Counted from the stretch's first letter, positions 1-12,781 are shown. The stretch: 64,000 nt of DNA from Felis catus (GCF_018350175.1 NC_058368.1:110672001-110736000), one strand, 5' to 3'. Translations and numbers: made by a program. The notes: generated by a model from the letters alone, not told the origin.

Positions 1-190
1 AAAGGGCAACATGAGAGGTTGATGGAAATGCTCTTTATCTTGACTAGCAATGTCAGTGTCCTGACTATGATACTGTACTACAGTTTCTTAAGATGTAACC
101 ACTAGGGAAAATGAGTAAAGGGTATACAGGATCTGTATTATTTCTTACAATTGCAAGTAAATCTACAATTATTTCAAAATAAAGAGTTTT
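1..190 (+). mobile_element. Ancient L1M (L1MC/MD-like) 3' end fragment
   Basis: Resembles old L1 3' UTR consensus (…gatgtaaccactagggaaaa…gggtatacaggatct…tctacaattatttcaaaataaa); subfamily from recall only. Confidence 0.6.
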
Positions 191-2514
191 AAGAAATGAA
201 TTTTACTTCCCACACAAAAAGAAAAAAAAAAAAAAAACTTGCTCTACCTCCAGTCCATATTTCAGTTAGTGGCAATTCTTTTTCTAGTTACTGAAGAAAA
301 AATCCTGTAATCATTATGTTCTTAATATCCCACAACAAATCTGTTACCGTACCTTCAAAGTGTATTAAAATTTAAAGACTTTTCACCTTGTAACTGGTAC
401 TGCCTAGTCCAAGCCACTATCATCTTACCTGGCATGTTACAGTAGCCTTCTAACTAATCTGCCTGCTTCTACCCTAACTCCTACTGTCCACTCTCAACAC
501 AACAGCTCGAGTCATCATCACATTTGAGAATGTGATATAAGTTCAATGTGATTAACTTTGATGTTGCTCCTCTGCTTAAAACCCTCTGAGAGCTCTCCAT
601 CTCTCAAAAGTGAAATTCCAAGTCTTTGTAATAGCCTACAAGATCCTACAGGATCTGGAGCCTCAATCTTATCTCTTACTTATCTCCCAAACTCCTCTAT
701 CCCTGTTGCCTACTTAACAGATAGCAATCAATGTTTATAGAATATGCTTTTGACCCAATTCTCACCACAAACCCTACACCACTTCTCAAGTAGGATCTTT
801 GCACCTATCACACCCTCTGAAAAGCCTTTCCCATAGTTTCAGCCAGGAAAAACCCACTCATTCTTCTAAGGGTATCGTCAATGTTAACCCATTTGTTGTT
901 GTAACTCCAAAACCTAGCACCAAGTAGGAGCAGAATTAGTAAGTATTGTTCAAAGAGTAAAAACTTGGAAGTAATACACAGAAAACAAATGAAAAATCCA
1001 TCTGAAACATTTGATGCAAATTAGATCAACCTCCTAGACCTCCACTCCTTCAAATCAGAGAATATGATCTAGTCAGAAATGAAGGGTATGCAGAACAAAG
1101 TGAGAACTCTGACTTTATGGATTTAATTGTTGAGCTTCTACAATCATATATAGTACTTTAGACTTCTAAATGTTCCATTTCTGTCCTTTCCTATTTGATA
1201 TTACCTCCCTCATTAAAACATTTTAAAAATAACTTTCCACATTTAATTCTCTTCTATGGGTCCCTTTAAAAAACGGTCTTAATGGCCTGGCAAGACTTAA
1301 TCAGAAGGTGATCATCCAGTGATCCAAAATAATGCTTATATTAATTTTTTTAGATTTTGTCAAAATAAAAATGTAGAACCTTAAAATCCTTTCAGATTGC
1401 CAGGAATACACCTGAGAACTGAAATTTTAAGAAACCTAATATGGAACAAGTTTAAATACATCTAATGGAGGAACTTCCTAACTTTCTATGCTTATTTGAA
1501 GTTTGGGACTCAACATCTCCTATCTAGACTATAAGTTTCATATTACAAGAGTAATTACTTTGAAATCACACTACTCCAAGGCATGCTTACAAAAAACACT
1601 TACACTACCCAAACCTTTACAAATGCTATGCTGTACTAAAATGTAGCTGCTTCCCCCTTAGAAGCATATATGTTAGTTTACATTTAAATTATTTTCAGCA
1701 GGGAATAATATGAATTTTAAATTGACATAAAGACTTAATAAAAAAGAAAAAGATTACCTAAAATGTCCCAGTATGGTTGGAGCAATATTTATGAGGGTCT
1801 AATAAGTAAAAACAAAGACAAGAAGACACCTTAATACTGCAAACTACCCCCTCACTTGCCCCTCTCCACAAGATTTCCAACCATCTCTTAAAGGGAAAAG
1901 TTCTTCCTGCAACTACAGTTACCAGCTACATATCCCTCAGGCTGTATGTCTTTAGCATTTCAGTAAGAAATATAAATGTTTAAATGTTAGTTGTTTTCTT
2001 AAATGATTAAATAACCAAAACAATTATGCTACATAAGTACTTTAGGAACAGGAATATCTGCACCGATCAGAGAAATCCTAGTTATATTTTAGTCATTATT
2101 AAAGAGCTTTGGGAAAACGGACCTCAGTTCTTCCCCACAGACTTACAAATGCTTCTGGGACAGTGGATGCCCCACCCTCAGTGCTGCTGAGGAAACCTAA
2201 GGAAGTAACCAGAGCACTATAGCAGAGAAACGTGTAGCTAGACAGCCCCTGTTGGCAAATAAGAAAATTGCCATCCCATTCACCATGTTTTTCATCTGAA
2301 AACTCAAAAAGATTTAAGGAAAAAAGCAGGACCGTGTCTTGGCCTGAAAGAAAAAAGAGATTACTAAATAAAATATTGCTTAATCATTACAAATTCTTAT
2401 TAATAGATTTGTTCCCCCGAAGTCTCAAGCCCTAGTTTACAGATTTATTTCCTGATAAAGGCTTCAATATCTTCATTCACAATGTAACATTTCTAAGAAA
2501 AGAAATATTTAATC

Positions 2515-2797
2515 ATGCAGCATTATTTACAAAAGCCAAGATATGGGGACTCCTGGATGGGTCAGTCGGATGAGCATCCAACCCTTGATTTCAAGTCAGG
2601 TCATGATCCCAGGGTCATGGGCTACAGTCCCACATCGAGCTCTACACTGAGCATGAAGCCAGCTTAAGATTCTCTCTCTCCCTCTTCCCCTCTGCCCCAC
2701 TCATGCTCTCTCTCTCTCTCTCTCTAAAAACAATCATAGCCAAGATATGGAAACAACCTAAATGCCCATGGATAGATGAACACATAAAGAATATGTG

Positions 2798-2836
<39 letters not shown>

Positions 2837-3370
2837 AGAGAATATTACTCAGCCACACACACCCAAAATGAAATTTTGTGACAACATGGATGGACCTTGA
2901 AGGCATTATGCTAAGTGAAATAAGTCAGAGAAAGACAAATATCATATGATTTCACTTACATGTGGAGTCCAGAAAAAATCAAAACAAAACAAACAAGCAA
3001 ACAAAAAAGCCATACTCATAGATATAAAGAAGAGACGGGTGGTTGCCAGAGGGGAGTAGATAGGAGGTTGGCGAAATGGATGAGGAGCATCAAAAGGTAC
3101 AAACTTCCAGTTACAAAATAAGTAAGTCATGACGATGTAATATAAAGCTTGGTGACTACAGTCAGTACTACAGTAATGCATATTTGGAAGTGGCTAAGAG
3201 TAAATCTTAACAGCTCCCATTACAAGAAAAAAAAATCTGTAACTCTGTATGGTGAATGGTAGAGCTGCGGTGGTGATCAGTTCCCAGTGTGTACAAATAC
3301 TGAACCATGATGCTGTACACCTAGGACTAACATAACGTAATATGCCAATCATACCTCAATAAATAAAAAC
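2515..3370 (+). mobile_element. L1 3' end (ORF2 tail + 3' UTR) interrupted by a Can-SINE at ~2545-2737
   Basis: ORF2-like IAKIWKQPKCPW remnant; L1 3' UTR motifs ending in an AATAAA/A-tail; SINE flanked by TSD agccaagatatgg (2534-2546, 2738-2750); (TA)n at ~2803-2833. Confidence 0.85.
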
Positions 3371-3482
3371 TTTCAAATAAAAAATTTTTAATTTTAAATC
3401 ATTTTTTAATTTTAAATAGAAGTTTTTAAATGTTTTAAACGAAATAATCAAATCCTACGACTCTATTAAAAATGAAGCAGAT

Positions 3483-3710
3483 GGGGCGCCTGGGTGGCGC
3501 AGTCGGTTAAGCGTCCGACTTCAGCCAGGTCACGATCTCGCGGCCCGGGAGTTCGAGCCCCGCGTCGGGCTCTGGGCTGATGGCTTGGAGCCTGGAGCCT
3601 GTTTCCGATTCTGTGTCTCCCTCTCTCTCTGCCCCTCCCCCGTTCATGCTCTGTCTCTCTCTGTCCCCAAAAAATAAATAAACGTTGAAAAATAAATAAA
3701 TAAATAAATA
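3483..3710 (+). mobile_element. Young Can-SINE (SINEC_Fc-like)
   Basis: ggggcgcctgggtggcgcagtcggttaagcgtccgacttcagccaggtcacg head with CpGs intact, CT-rich body, A-rich tail. Confidence 0.95.
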
Positions 3711-4319
3711 AGAAGCAGTCTTGCCCAGCTAACCCAGGACACAGAGAACCATGTTTACAAAGAATCTCCCTTGTTGCATTCTCCCTCTCCTCCTCGTAAA
3801 CCCCTCAGGAACCCAAAGCCCCAGTATTCTGGCTCTTTACCAAGCACCAGAACCTCCCAGATCTGAGAGATGAAGCAGTACCTTAAGACAGCGCCTTCCC
3901 CTTCACTTTTGCTCTCCGAAATATTCCATCAGCTCAGTCTGGTCCCTGCCCCTGCCCACCTCGATCTTTACCACTTACCCGCCCGTTCTGGAAAAGCCCC
4001 ACACTCCCCTGGCCCTGCCAGACCGCTGGGTACCTCCCCCCACCTAGGGAACGTCTCTAGACACCACACCTCCTAACCACGGCCATCTCCTCAGCATCTG
4101 TTCCCTCTGCCCCCTCATAACTCCTCCCTCCAAGCAATTTTGGAGACCCCCCACCACCGCCACTCCCTGTGCAACGCATTCTTCAAGACACTGTAGATAA
4201 CACCACCACTCCTCCCTCACGCCCATCTCCATACTCTGCTGCCCGGATTCCCACATCTCTCAACCCCGCATCTCGGGCCTCTCAGAAACCCCACCTCCTC
4301 AGACGCCATCAGACAGCCT

Positions 4320-4805
4320 ACCCTCCCTCCTCGGCGCCTAGAGACCCTGCCCCATCTGGACATCGCCATCTGCTCAGGACACTCGGAAGCGCCCTTTCCC
4401 TGGCCGGGCCTGTCTCTCCGCCCGCGCGGCCCTCCCGCGACCGCCCTGCCGCCGCGCCCACTTTACCACTGGACAAGGTGGAGGACGCAAGCAGGAGCGC
4501 CAGGACGAGCGGCTGCGCCAACCCTCCCGGGACCTGGAGGCCGGGCGAGTACCGCAGTTTCGCTTGCACGGTTCCCCTCATCCTCCTCAAGACAGCAGCG
4601 GCCATAACGGACTCCGCCGGGAGCCTGCGTTGTTGCTAGGCTCTACGTCATGACATCAGACACTGCGTAAGGCCCCACAGCACGTACGTCCCAACGTGAT
4701 GACGTCGCAGCCCAGAGGAGCGCTCCGGAAACCGGGTTAAAGAGGAAGGGTAGTGGGAGTTTCAGCGAAGGGTAGGTCTCGCCCCAGCCCCTTTCGGGTC
4801 GAGGT
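4320..4805 (-). promoter_or_regulatory. C5orf15: C5orf15 CpG-island promoter with clustered CRE/ATF-like, ETS and RFX-like motifs
   Basis: CpG-rich; gttgctagg 4632-4640, tacgtca/tgacatca 4644-4658, tgacgtcg 4700-4707, ccggaa 4725-4730 just upstream of the ATG. Confidence 0.7.
4467..4605 (-). CDS. C5orf15: C5orf15 / keratinocyte-associated transmembrane protein 2 (KCT2), first coding exon (signal-peptide region); rest of gene outside window
   Basis: [46 protein letters not shown] resembles recalled human MAAAVPKRMRGPAQAKLL…[18 protein letters not shown]; 139 nt ending at phase-1 donor G|gtaaag (4466); CpG island; adjacent to VDAC1 as in human. Confidence 0.9.
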
Positions 4806-4942
4806 TGTAAAGTGAAAGATGTAGAGAGGTTCAGAGTGAGCCTCTCTCTGCCTGCCACGTGATGGGATACTATTACAGCTCATGAAAGTATTTTAAAACA
4901 TTGAGGGGTTTTTGTTTTGTTTGTTCGTTTAGAGATTTTATT

Positions 4943-5245
4943 TGGGGGGCTCCTGGGGGGCTCAGTCGGTTAAGCCTCCGACTTCCAAGGGAACCATGAT
5001 CTCAGAGGTCGTGAGTTCCAGCCCTCCATCTGGCTGTCTGCTGTCAGCACAGAGCCCACTTTGGATCCTCTGTCTACTTTTCTCTCTGCCACTCCCTACC
5101 CCTACCCCCACCCCGTCTCTCACAAAAATAAACTTTATTTTTATTTTTATTTTTTAAGTAATCTCTACACCCAAAGTGGGGCTCGAACTCACAACCCTGA
5201 GATTAAGAGTTGCGTGGTCTACACACTGAGCCAACCAGAGGCCCC
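4943..5245. mobile_element. Two Can-SINEs tail-to-tail (+ ~4943-5131; short form on - ~5132-5245)
   Basis: tRNA-derived head and CT body on +, followed by T-rich tail and reverse-complement short SINE. Confidence 0.8.
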
Positions 5246-6684
5246 TAAAATATTGTTAAAAGGAAGATCCAACTGGGTAATAGACTGGTCTGGAAGAGGA
5301 AGTAACCGCCTTCCCTCTCCCAAAGGCAACGGAAACACAGATGTTCACATTTGCCTATCTGGGTGGTGGAATTATAGGTAATGTTTTACTTTTTATCTTT
5401 TTCCTAACCATTTATTCCTTCAATAAATACTTGGCACCCTTTCATATCTCATTGTACAGCTGTTAACAATACAAACCACATACCTTTGTGGAGTTTATTT
5501 TCTTGTGAAGAAGAGGATAGTGTAAGATATACACTATACAATGGGAAAGGTGTTATGGAGAAAAAGCAGGAAAGCGGAGTAGGAAGTAGGGTGCAAACAG
5601 CTTCCAGATTTCCTACAATAAGCTTCTGTTACTTTTTAAATTTAATCTTTAAAACCCCCAGCATATGAAAATGCAGATTTAGGAAGTTCCCTTATGGCCT
5701 TGGCACATGCTTTGGTCTGTATGTTCTGCAAATGTTTCTTAAATAAATGTCAGTAGGCTTAAAACCATGGAAGTTCCTTCCACTTGATTGATTTCCAGGA
5801 AAATCATTGTGGCATGAAGCAAGATATTTGTTGTACCCACAGTTTCACCACTCTGATCTCCATGATTCCCACAGAAGATTGCTGCTATCTTCCAGAGACA
5901 AAGCTGAGCTGCCCCCCTAAAGAGAGAAGGGCCCCTGTTCTCCTGAATCTTATTTCCCTTAACATTCATCTGGCCCCAGTGACAGCTCAGAAACACACAA
6001 ACTCTGTGTTGTTAAGAAAACTAAGAGGTCATTCATGTCCATTTCCCTAAGCCCACCACAAGCCCAGAGAGACTGAATGGTGCCCTTATTGCAAACCTCC
6101 CAGGGTATCCAGGATACAAAGTCTTCCCAAATTCCCTTGGAGCTTTCCCTTCTGTGAGTACAGAAACCATCACTCAGTTTAATGAATAAGCCTCTCGATT
6201 CTAGCTTCTGCTTGTTGGCAGATCCAGACATAGGCCTTTTTTCTGTAATAAACACACCTTCAATCCTCTCTTCTTTGTTCCCTTTCTTCCTTTGTCCTCA
6301 CACCAGAGTGTTTCAGTCCTCTTACTGGTGAGATATCATGAACCCAAGGCAGTTGCACAATATCCTGACATGCTGCATAGGCAGATAATATGTGAGGAGG
6401 GAAATATACCCTCAATATTCAGAAGGCCCTGTGTACATTTCAAAATAGCAGTATGTATCTGGCATCTGACTGGATGTACCTAACAACCATTATGTGCCAA
6501 AGTCTCTGGACAAATTCACAAGTTCACTTTTAAACATACAGATCCTCATAAACCTGATGAAGACAGTATGACAAATGCTGAGGCAAGCAAGTTTTGGGTA
6601 ATCAGTTACACAAAATGTTCAAGTAAATGTGATACTTGTTTGGCATGGTCGCTTCCAAACATACATAAAAAGGAATTCTACCTT

Positions 6685-7520
6685 GGGACATCTGGCTGGT
6701 TCAGTCGGAAGAGCATGTGACTCTTAATCTTGGAGTCATAAATTCATGCCCCACATTGGGCATGGAGCCTACCTAAAAAAAAAAAAGTAAAAAAAAAAGA
6801 AACTCTGCCTAAAAACATACATATTATTGGGACACTTGGGTGGCTCAGTCATTTGGGATCCAACTTCAGCTCAGGTTATGGTCTCGCTGTTCCCGAGTTC
6901 AAGCCCCACATTGGGCTCTGTGCTGACAGTTCAGAACCTGGAGCCTGTTTCAGATTCTGTGTTTCCCCTTCTCTCTCTCTCTGCCCCCCACCCCAGTCAC
7001 TCTCTCAAAAATAAACATTTAAAAAAATGTGTATTATTGAATAGAAAAATGTTCATTTATTGAAGCTTGATAATGTAACAGTTTACTCTTCTACTTTGTA
7101 AATGTTTGAAATTGACACATTGTCATTTTAAAAAACTAAACATATTGCAGAATTCTAGAACGAACCCCAATGATCGGTGCCATTGTATGATCCCCTGCCC
7201 TTGAGTGTGGGAGGAACCTGTAAAAATGATGGGCTGCCACTGCTGTGGTTACGTTATTAAATGGCACAGTTGACTTTAAGAACAGATTTTTTTCAGGGCA
7301 CCTGGGTAGCTCAGTCGGTTGAGCGTCCAACTTCGGCTCAGGTCATAATCTTGAGATTTGTGAGTTTGAGCCCTGTGTCAGGCTCTGAGCCGACAGCTCA
7401 GAGCCTAGAGCCTACTTCTGAGTCTGTGTCTCCCTCCCTCTGCCCCTCCCCTGCTCGCTCGCTCTCTCTGTCAAATAAATAAATAAACATTAAAAAATAA
7501 ATTAAAAAAAAAAAAAAAAG
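6685..7520 (+). mobile_element. Cluster of three Can-SINEs (~6685-6800, ~6829-7027, ~7296-7520)
   Basis: Typical SINE heads and A-tails. Confidence 0.85.
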
Positions 7521-8410
7521 AATGGGAGATTTTCCTCAGAGGGCCTGACCTCATCAGTTGAGTCCTTAAAAGGATTGGGACACTTATAAAATGAGTAAGT
7601 GCTGGGGATGTCATGTACAGCATGGTAACTAGAGTTAATAATACTGTGTACTGTATATTTGAAAGCTGCTAAGAGAGTAGATCTTAAAAGTTCTTATCAC
7701 ATGGAAACCAATTTGACAACAAATTTCATATATTGAAAAAAATAAAGAAAAAATAAATAAAAAATAAAAAAATAAAAATAAAAAAAAGTTCTTATCACAA
7801 GGAAAAAGACATTGTAACTGCGTGGTGACGGATGCTAACTAGCCTTATTGTAGTGATCATTTCATAATATATACAAATATTGAACCATGTTGGGCATCTA
7901 ATACAATTTTTTATGTCAATTATAACTCAGTACTTTTAAAATGTCAATTATAACTCAGTAAATAAAATTAAAACTTTTAAAAGGGGAAAAGTATAGCTGG
8001 GGCTCTTCCTGGAGGAGATTTCAACTGTGAGAGGGATCTGACAGTAATGGAATTACTCCATTCCAGCTGTGAATATGGGAGGGAGCCATGCAGCAAGGAA
8101 GGCAGGTGGTCTCTATTTGCTGAGAGGAGCCCCTAGCTGATGGCCAGCAAGGAAATAGGGGCCACTATCCTACAACTGAAAGGAGATGAATTCTGCCACA
8201 ACCATGTGACCTAGGAAGGGGACCTCAAGCTCCAGACGGGAACACAGTCTGGCAGACATCCTACTTTCAGCCATATGAGAATTTTAACAGAAAATCCAGC
8301 CATACCATGCTGGAATTCTGACCTAGAGACCTGTGAAATAAATACTGAGTGTTGTTCTAAGCAACTGTATTTGGGTCATTTGTTATGCAACAACAGAAAA
8401 CTAAAAATCC
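7160..8410 (+). mobile_element. MLT1-like (ERVL-MaLR) LTR interrupted by a SINE and an old L1 3' end (~7585-7960)
   Basis: …ccttgagtgtgggaggaacctg…cagcaaggaaatagggg…ctagagacctgtgaaataaatactgagtgttgttctaagc…tttgttatgcaacaacagaaaactaa typical of MLT1. Confidence 0.65.
7702..7783 (+). mobile_element. Extremely 5'-truncated felid L1 (~33 nt + A-tail) with 16-bp TSD
   Basis: tggaaaccaatttgacaacaaatttcatatattg + A tail; TSD AAAAGTTCTTATCACA at 7686-7701 and 7784-7799; nearly identical to the end of the L1 at 17828-17991. Confidence 0.9.
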
Positions 8411-8470
8411 CCCTCTCATACACACACAACATACACACATACAGTGCAAACACAAATGCCAAATGCCCTG

Positions 8471-8532
8471 TTTATTCACACTTTTATTAATATAATAAAA
8501 ACAACAGAAGGATGAGGTTTCAATATTTTATT
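8471..8532 (-). terminator. VDAC1: VDAC1 polyadenylation signals (AATAAA x3)
   Basis: tttatt on + at 8527-8532 (first met by the transcript, likely main), 8483-8488 and 8471-8476. Confidence 0.75.
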
Positions 8533-9365
8533 CAAGTTTTACTTTAAGTGATGTTAATTACAGCATTTGAAGGGGAGGATCTAATTCCACACAAAATGGA
8601 AGACTCTAAAATGTACCCATTAAACTGCTAAAAAATAAACTGAGTGGCGAGAATATAACAGAAGTCCAATTTAGATTCCGAATGTTGTCACCATGTGATT
8701 ACAGTCACAGAGACTCTTCCCAGCTTGCAGCTGGGACTCTTAGAAGCTATTTCATACTCTGGTGCAAGGGCAAAAAAAACACAACATGAGAGGGAATTAA
8801 GTCCTGAATTATTGGCTTCATCACATCCACCTTCTCCACCCCAAATGGCACAAAAGAAACAGCTACCACGCCCTGCAGACTACTTTTGGTGTAAAAGAGG
8901 TGATGGACTGGGGTGGAAACAGGTCATGAAAATCTGTCTAAAAAAGTCTCTTTCAGATGATTTTGTACACACTATCAGTGAGTCTCTCCTTCATTAGGGT
9001 AGGAAACCAAAGTTAATTCTCAGGAAGTCATAATTTCATCCATTTACTCAATACCAGTTTACAAAGTGCCTACGAAGTCTCAGCTTCCACTTGCAGCCAT
9101 TTCTAGATAAAAAAGAAACCTGACAATTCTAGAGGGCCACCAAGGTCCCCCAAAGTCTACAGCTTAAAGGACTTTTCTTGGAATTGGGTTTCCTCTGTAC
9201 CTCTGAAAGGGTAACACCTTAAAGCTGAATCATCTTTAACCTGGAGGTCTAACATGATATTTAGCAATACTCGCATCCCAGACATACGACATTAAAAGGT
9301 ACACTAAATTCTGAAGGTAGCTATGCTCAAAATAGTTTAAAATTAAACGATTGTACAGTATTTGT
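8505..9365 (-). other. VDAC1: VDAC1 3' UTR (3' end approximate)
   Basis: Repeat-free sequence between the TAA (9366-9368) and the AATAAA cluster; contains 8mer seed matches for miR-7 and miR-320. Confidence 0.8.
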
Positions 9366-9457
9366 TTATGCCTGAAATTCCAGTCCTAGACCAAGCTTGT
9401 GGCCACCAGCATTGACATTCTTGCCATCCAGCAAAGCTGAGAGCGTCAGTTTGATAC
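9366..9457 (-). CDS. VDAC1: VDAC1 last coding exon (exon 9), 92 nt: (G)[29 protein letters not shown]
   Basis: cag|GT ATC acceptor; translation matches VDAC1 C-terminus; TAA at 9368-9366. Confidence 0.99.
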
Positions 9458-10383
9458 CTGCAAGGGGAATAACCAGGGACAAGGAAAGGGGAGGGATGGA
9501 GGAGAGAAACAAAAAGAAAGGTCAACACAGAGCAGAAAGGTTAACACAAGGAGGAGTACCTAAGCACAATGGCAAGACAACACCAGATTCAAAACCTGCT
9601 TCAGCTGTGTGTGATCAGCAGGCCAAAAAACCACACGGCCCATCAGTCCCTGTTACTGAACACCCATCTGATTAATTCCACAGGCTTTTCCAAATCCACT
9701 TTAGGGAGTCCACTTCCCTTTGTCCTGTCATTGCCCCCTGCTACAATCATCTCTCTTCTAGTGGCACCATGCAGTAAGCTTCTTCAGCAAAAGTGCCTTG
9801 AAAGGAAGTCCAACCATAAATCAGACTCTGAGATCTCACTCTCGGTATGGACACAAACACACACACGTGCACGCGACTAACTGGTATTTTCCCTATAAAA
9901 GTTTGATTCTTTCATCATGTAATCTCAGATTTGTAGAGTTCAAAGACCCAACTTGACCAAACCAATCCCAAAGTGGTATTATCTCCCGTAGTTCTAACAT
10001 ACCATGGACCGGACTAGCCACCTGTGCAGAGGAAATCGGCACAACGGTTTTACAATGAGGATGACTTACGGGCTAGTTTCAAGAATCTGCTAGAAATAAG
10101 TATCAGACACTACGTACACAATGGAAAAACAGATGGAAGAAAATAACCAAAAGTGTAACACTCTAGCCTTGACCTTTTTCTCTCCTACTTACTACTTCTA
10201 TGCTCCAAATGTTTTATAACAATTCTGCACACTTTTATAAACATTTAATTATAAAACTTTCTCTCCACTCGTTTATAATGTACTATTCAGGCATTATATA
10301 AGCAGTAACATAAAGCAGCAAACCAGCACAATTTTTCTTTAAGGCAAAGAAACAATTTCACTAACTTTCAAAGCAACACTTAC

Positions 10384-10441
10384 CTGGCTTTAGGGTCTGA
10401 GTGTATCCTAAACCTATCAGGCTGGAGTTGTTCACTTTAGC
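10384..10441 (-). CDS. VDAC1: VDAC1 exon 8, 58 nt: AKVNNSSLIGLGYTQTLKP
   Basis: tag|GCT … CCA G|gtaagt; frame consistent with neighbouring exons. Confidence 0.99.
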
Positions 10442-10680
10442 CTAGTCAAGGAAAAGATAAGACAGAGTAAAATTGTTAAGTACTTTATGTTTTCATCTCC
10501 AAAATGAGTAAGAGCTTGGGAACCAACCAACTCAGGCCTTCAGAATCAAATTCTCTTTTTTCATGACCACTTTGATTATGAGATTCATTAAATTCAACAT
10601 GAAATATATCAAATTTGAGAGCAAAGTCTCAGAAAAGAAACTCAAAGAGTCAACACAACTGTCAGTTAAAGGAAAGTTAT

Positions 10681-10890
10681 GGGGTGCCCAGGTGGCTCAG
10701 TCAGTTAAGAGTCTCACTTCGGCTCAGGTCATGATCTCACAGTTCATGGGTTCAAGCTCCCCATCGGGCTCTGTGCTGACAGCTCAGAGCCCAGAGCCTG
10801 CTTCAGATTCTGTGTGTCTCTCTCTCTCTGCCCCTTCCCCGCTCATACTCTGTCTCTCAAAAATAAATAAAACATTAAAGTAAAATAAAA
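10681..10890 (+). mobile_element. Can-SINE
   Basis: ggggtgcccaggtggctcagtcagttaag head, CT body, A tail. Confidence 0.9.
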
Positions 10891-11657
10891 TCATACTGGA
10901 GCAAAAGAATGACCTAGCCAGTCACTTAAATTTCAGCATTTTGTGAATGATAATTAATAATTAAGTTCAATAAAGAAGTTGAGTCAATGTTACCCTCATT
11001 CCTCTGCCTGAGTTGTAGGAAAACCTGGGCCTCCCCCGACCCCCTTTCTAGTGAAACAAGGAGAGGTCAGGAGCAGAGAAGGCTCACGTCATGAGAACAC
11101 CAAGTCCTGGCAAAAGCTAAGGCTGCCAAGGTACGTTTTCCTGCTTGAATGCTGTTTTCAGACCTGACAACTTCCATAAGAAAGAACAAAGCAGGGGGAA
11201 AGATTTCCTGGCAGTAAGGGCCCCATCTGGCTGTTCCTTTTTGCTTATACCATCTAATTAATAAGGCCCCTCTTCCTTTGTTTTTAACTGCGTAACTTTA
11301 AGGGAGCCAAATTCAGTTCCCGTTTCAAATGGGCTGTTTGTAAATTACACAATAACCATCCTGCAACATGAGACTTCCGCATTCTACCCCAAAGGGAAGC
11401 AGCCAGCAGTGCCCTGTGACAACAGAGAGGAGTTCAACAGGATTTAAGGCAAAAATCGTGCAGCAACTCAACCGCGAGCAATGCCACCGAGTCTGCAAGA
11501 TTAGATGCCAACTACTAAGTGCCAGGGTCTGGTTTCTTAATATCCAATACAAGAGCTGGCAAGAGGATGAAAAATGAGAAGCATTAAATGAACATGAATC
11601 CTGAGGGTCCTCTCTCTCTCAAAAAAAATAATAATAGTAATAATTTTTTTAAGCCAG

Positions 11658-11867
11658 AGGGGAGATGCCTTGGTGGCCAGTCAGTTAAACAGCCAACTTT
11701 AGCACAGGTTATGACCTCACAGTTCATGAGTTCGAGCCCACACCAGGCTCTCCCCTGTCAGCGCGGAGCCTGCTTCGGATTCTCTGTCTCCCTCGCTCTC
11801 TGCCCCTCCCCTGACTGCCCTATCTCTCGAAAATAAACATTAAAACAATAAAAATAAAAAAATAAAA
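11658..11867 (+). mobile_element. Can-SINE
   Basis: Diverged SINE head, body and A tail. Confidence 0.85.
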
Positions 11868-12314
11868 CCTTAGGGTTCAAGGTGACCCCCTTTAGAGTCT
11901 GCAGCATGGAACATAGGCTGATAAGAGCAGGCTCCAGAGCAAACCAGTATGGGTCAAGTCCAGGCCCAGCACCCCAGCACTTACCAGATGTCTGTGCCAT
12001 CTGCCCTCAGCCTCTCTGAATTTCCAGTTCCTCATTTGTGCAAACAGGGTTAGAATGATATTTCTTTTTTTTTAAAGGCACCTGCCTCAAATAGGTTGTG
12101 TAAGAATTAAAGACAGTAACCCACACATAATGGGCTCCGCACAGTGGCTGGCATCTACAGTAAGAGCTATTACTATTATCACTTTCCTCATTTCAAACTT
12201 TTTGCATAGAGAAAAAAAATCTCTAGCTCCAGCATGGAACTCCTGCAATCCAGAAGGATTCCATCCTAAGCTTCAGGTGGAGCCTGGGTGATGCGTGATT
12301 CCACAGGTACTCAC

Positions 12315-12465
12315 CGAGAAGCAGGCGTCAGGATCGATCTGATACTTGGCCGCTATTCCAAAGCGAGTGTTACTATTTCCTGCTGTCCAGGCCAGATTAA
12401 CAGCGGTCTCTAACTTCTTGTTCACCTTCTGATAAATGGAGCCACCAAACTCTGTCCCATCGTTT
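12315..12465 (-). CDS. VDAC1: VDAC1 exon 7, 151 nt: [50 protein letters not shown]
   Basis: cag|A AAC … TCG|gtgagt; peptide visible in ORF track 12273..12629. Confidence 0.99.
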
Positions 12466-12781
12466 CTGCAAACAATCAGAGCACAGGTGCCCATCCACCC
12501 CTGAAGGCAGGCTGGAGCTGGGCACAGTGGTCCAAGTCTGACAGAGGGCAGGGCTGCTATAAATGGACCAAAATGATCACAAAACGAGTACCAAAGTAGG
12601 GAAAAGCCTGATAGGAATGGAACAGACACCAGCTTTGGGAAGGTTCAAAGGGAGAGGCTAGTTTTCAACCACCATTGGGAACACCCAAAGGCAGGAAGCT
12701 GAGGCTGCATGGAATTTGAAATCTGCTTCCAAAATATTCTTTAAAATAGAAGCAACAACTAAGAAAATGGAATTCTGGGTG

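Noticed and set aside
4318..4466. Extension of the C5orf15 ORF to 95 aa
   Set aside because: Similarity to KCT2 ends at the G|gtaaag donor; the remainder is intron read-through
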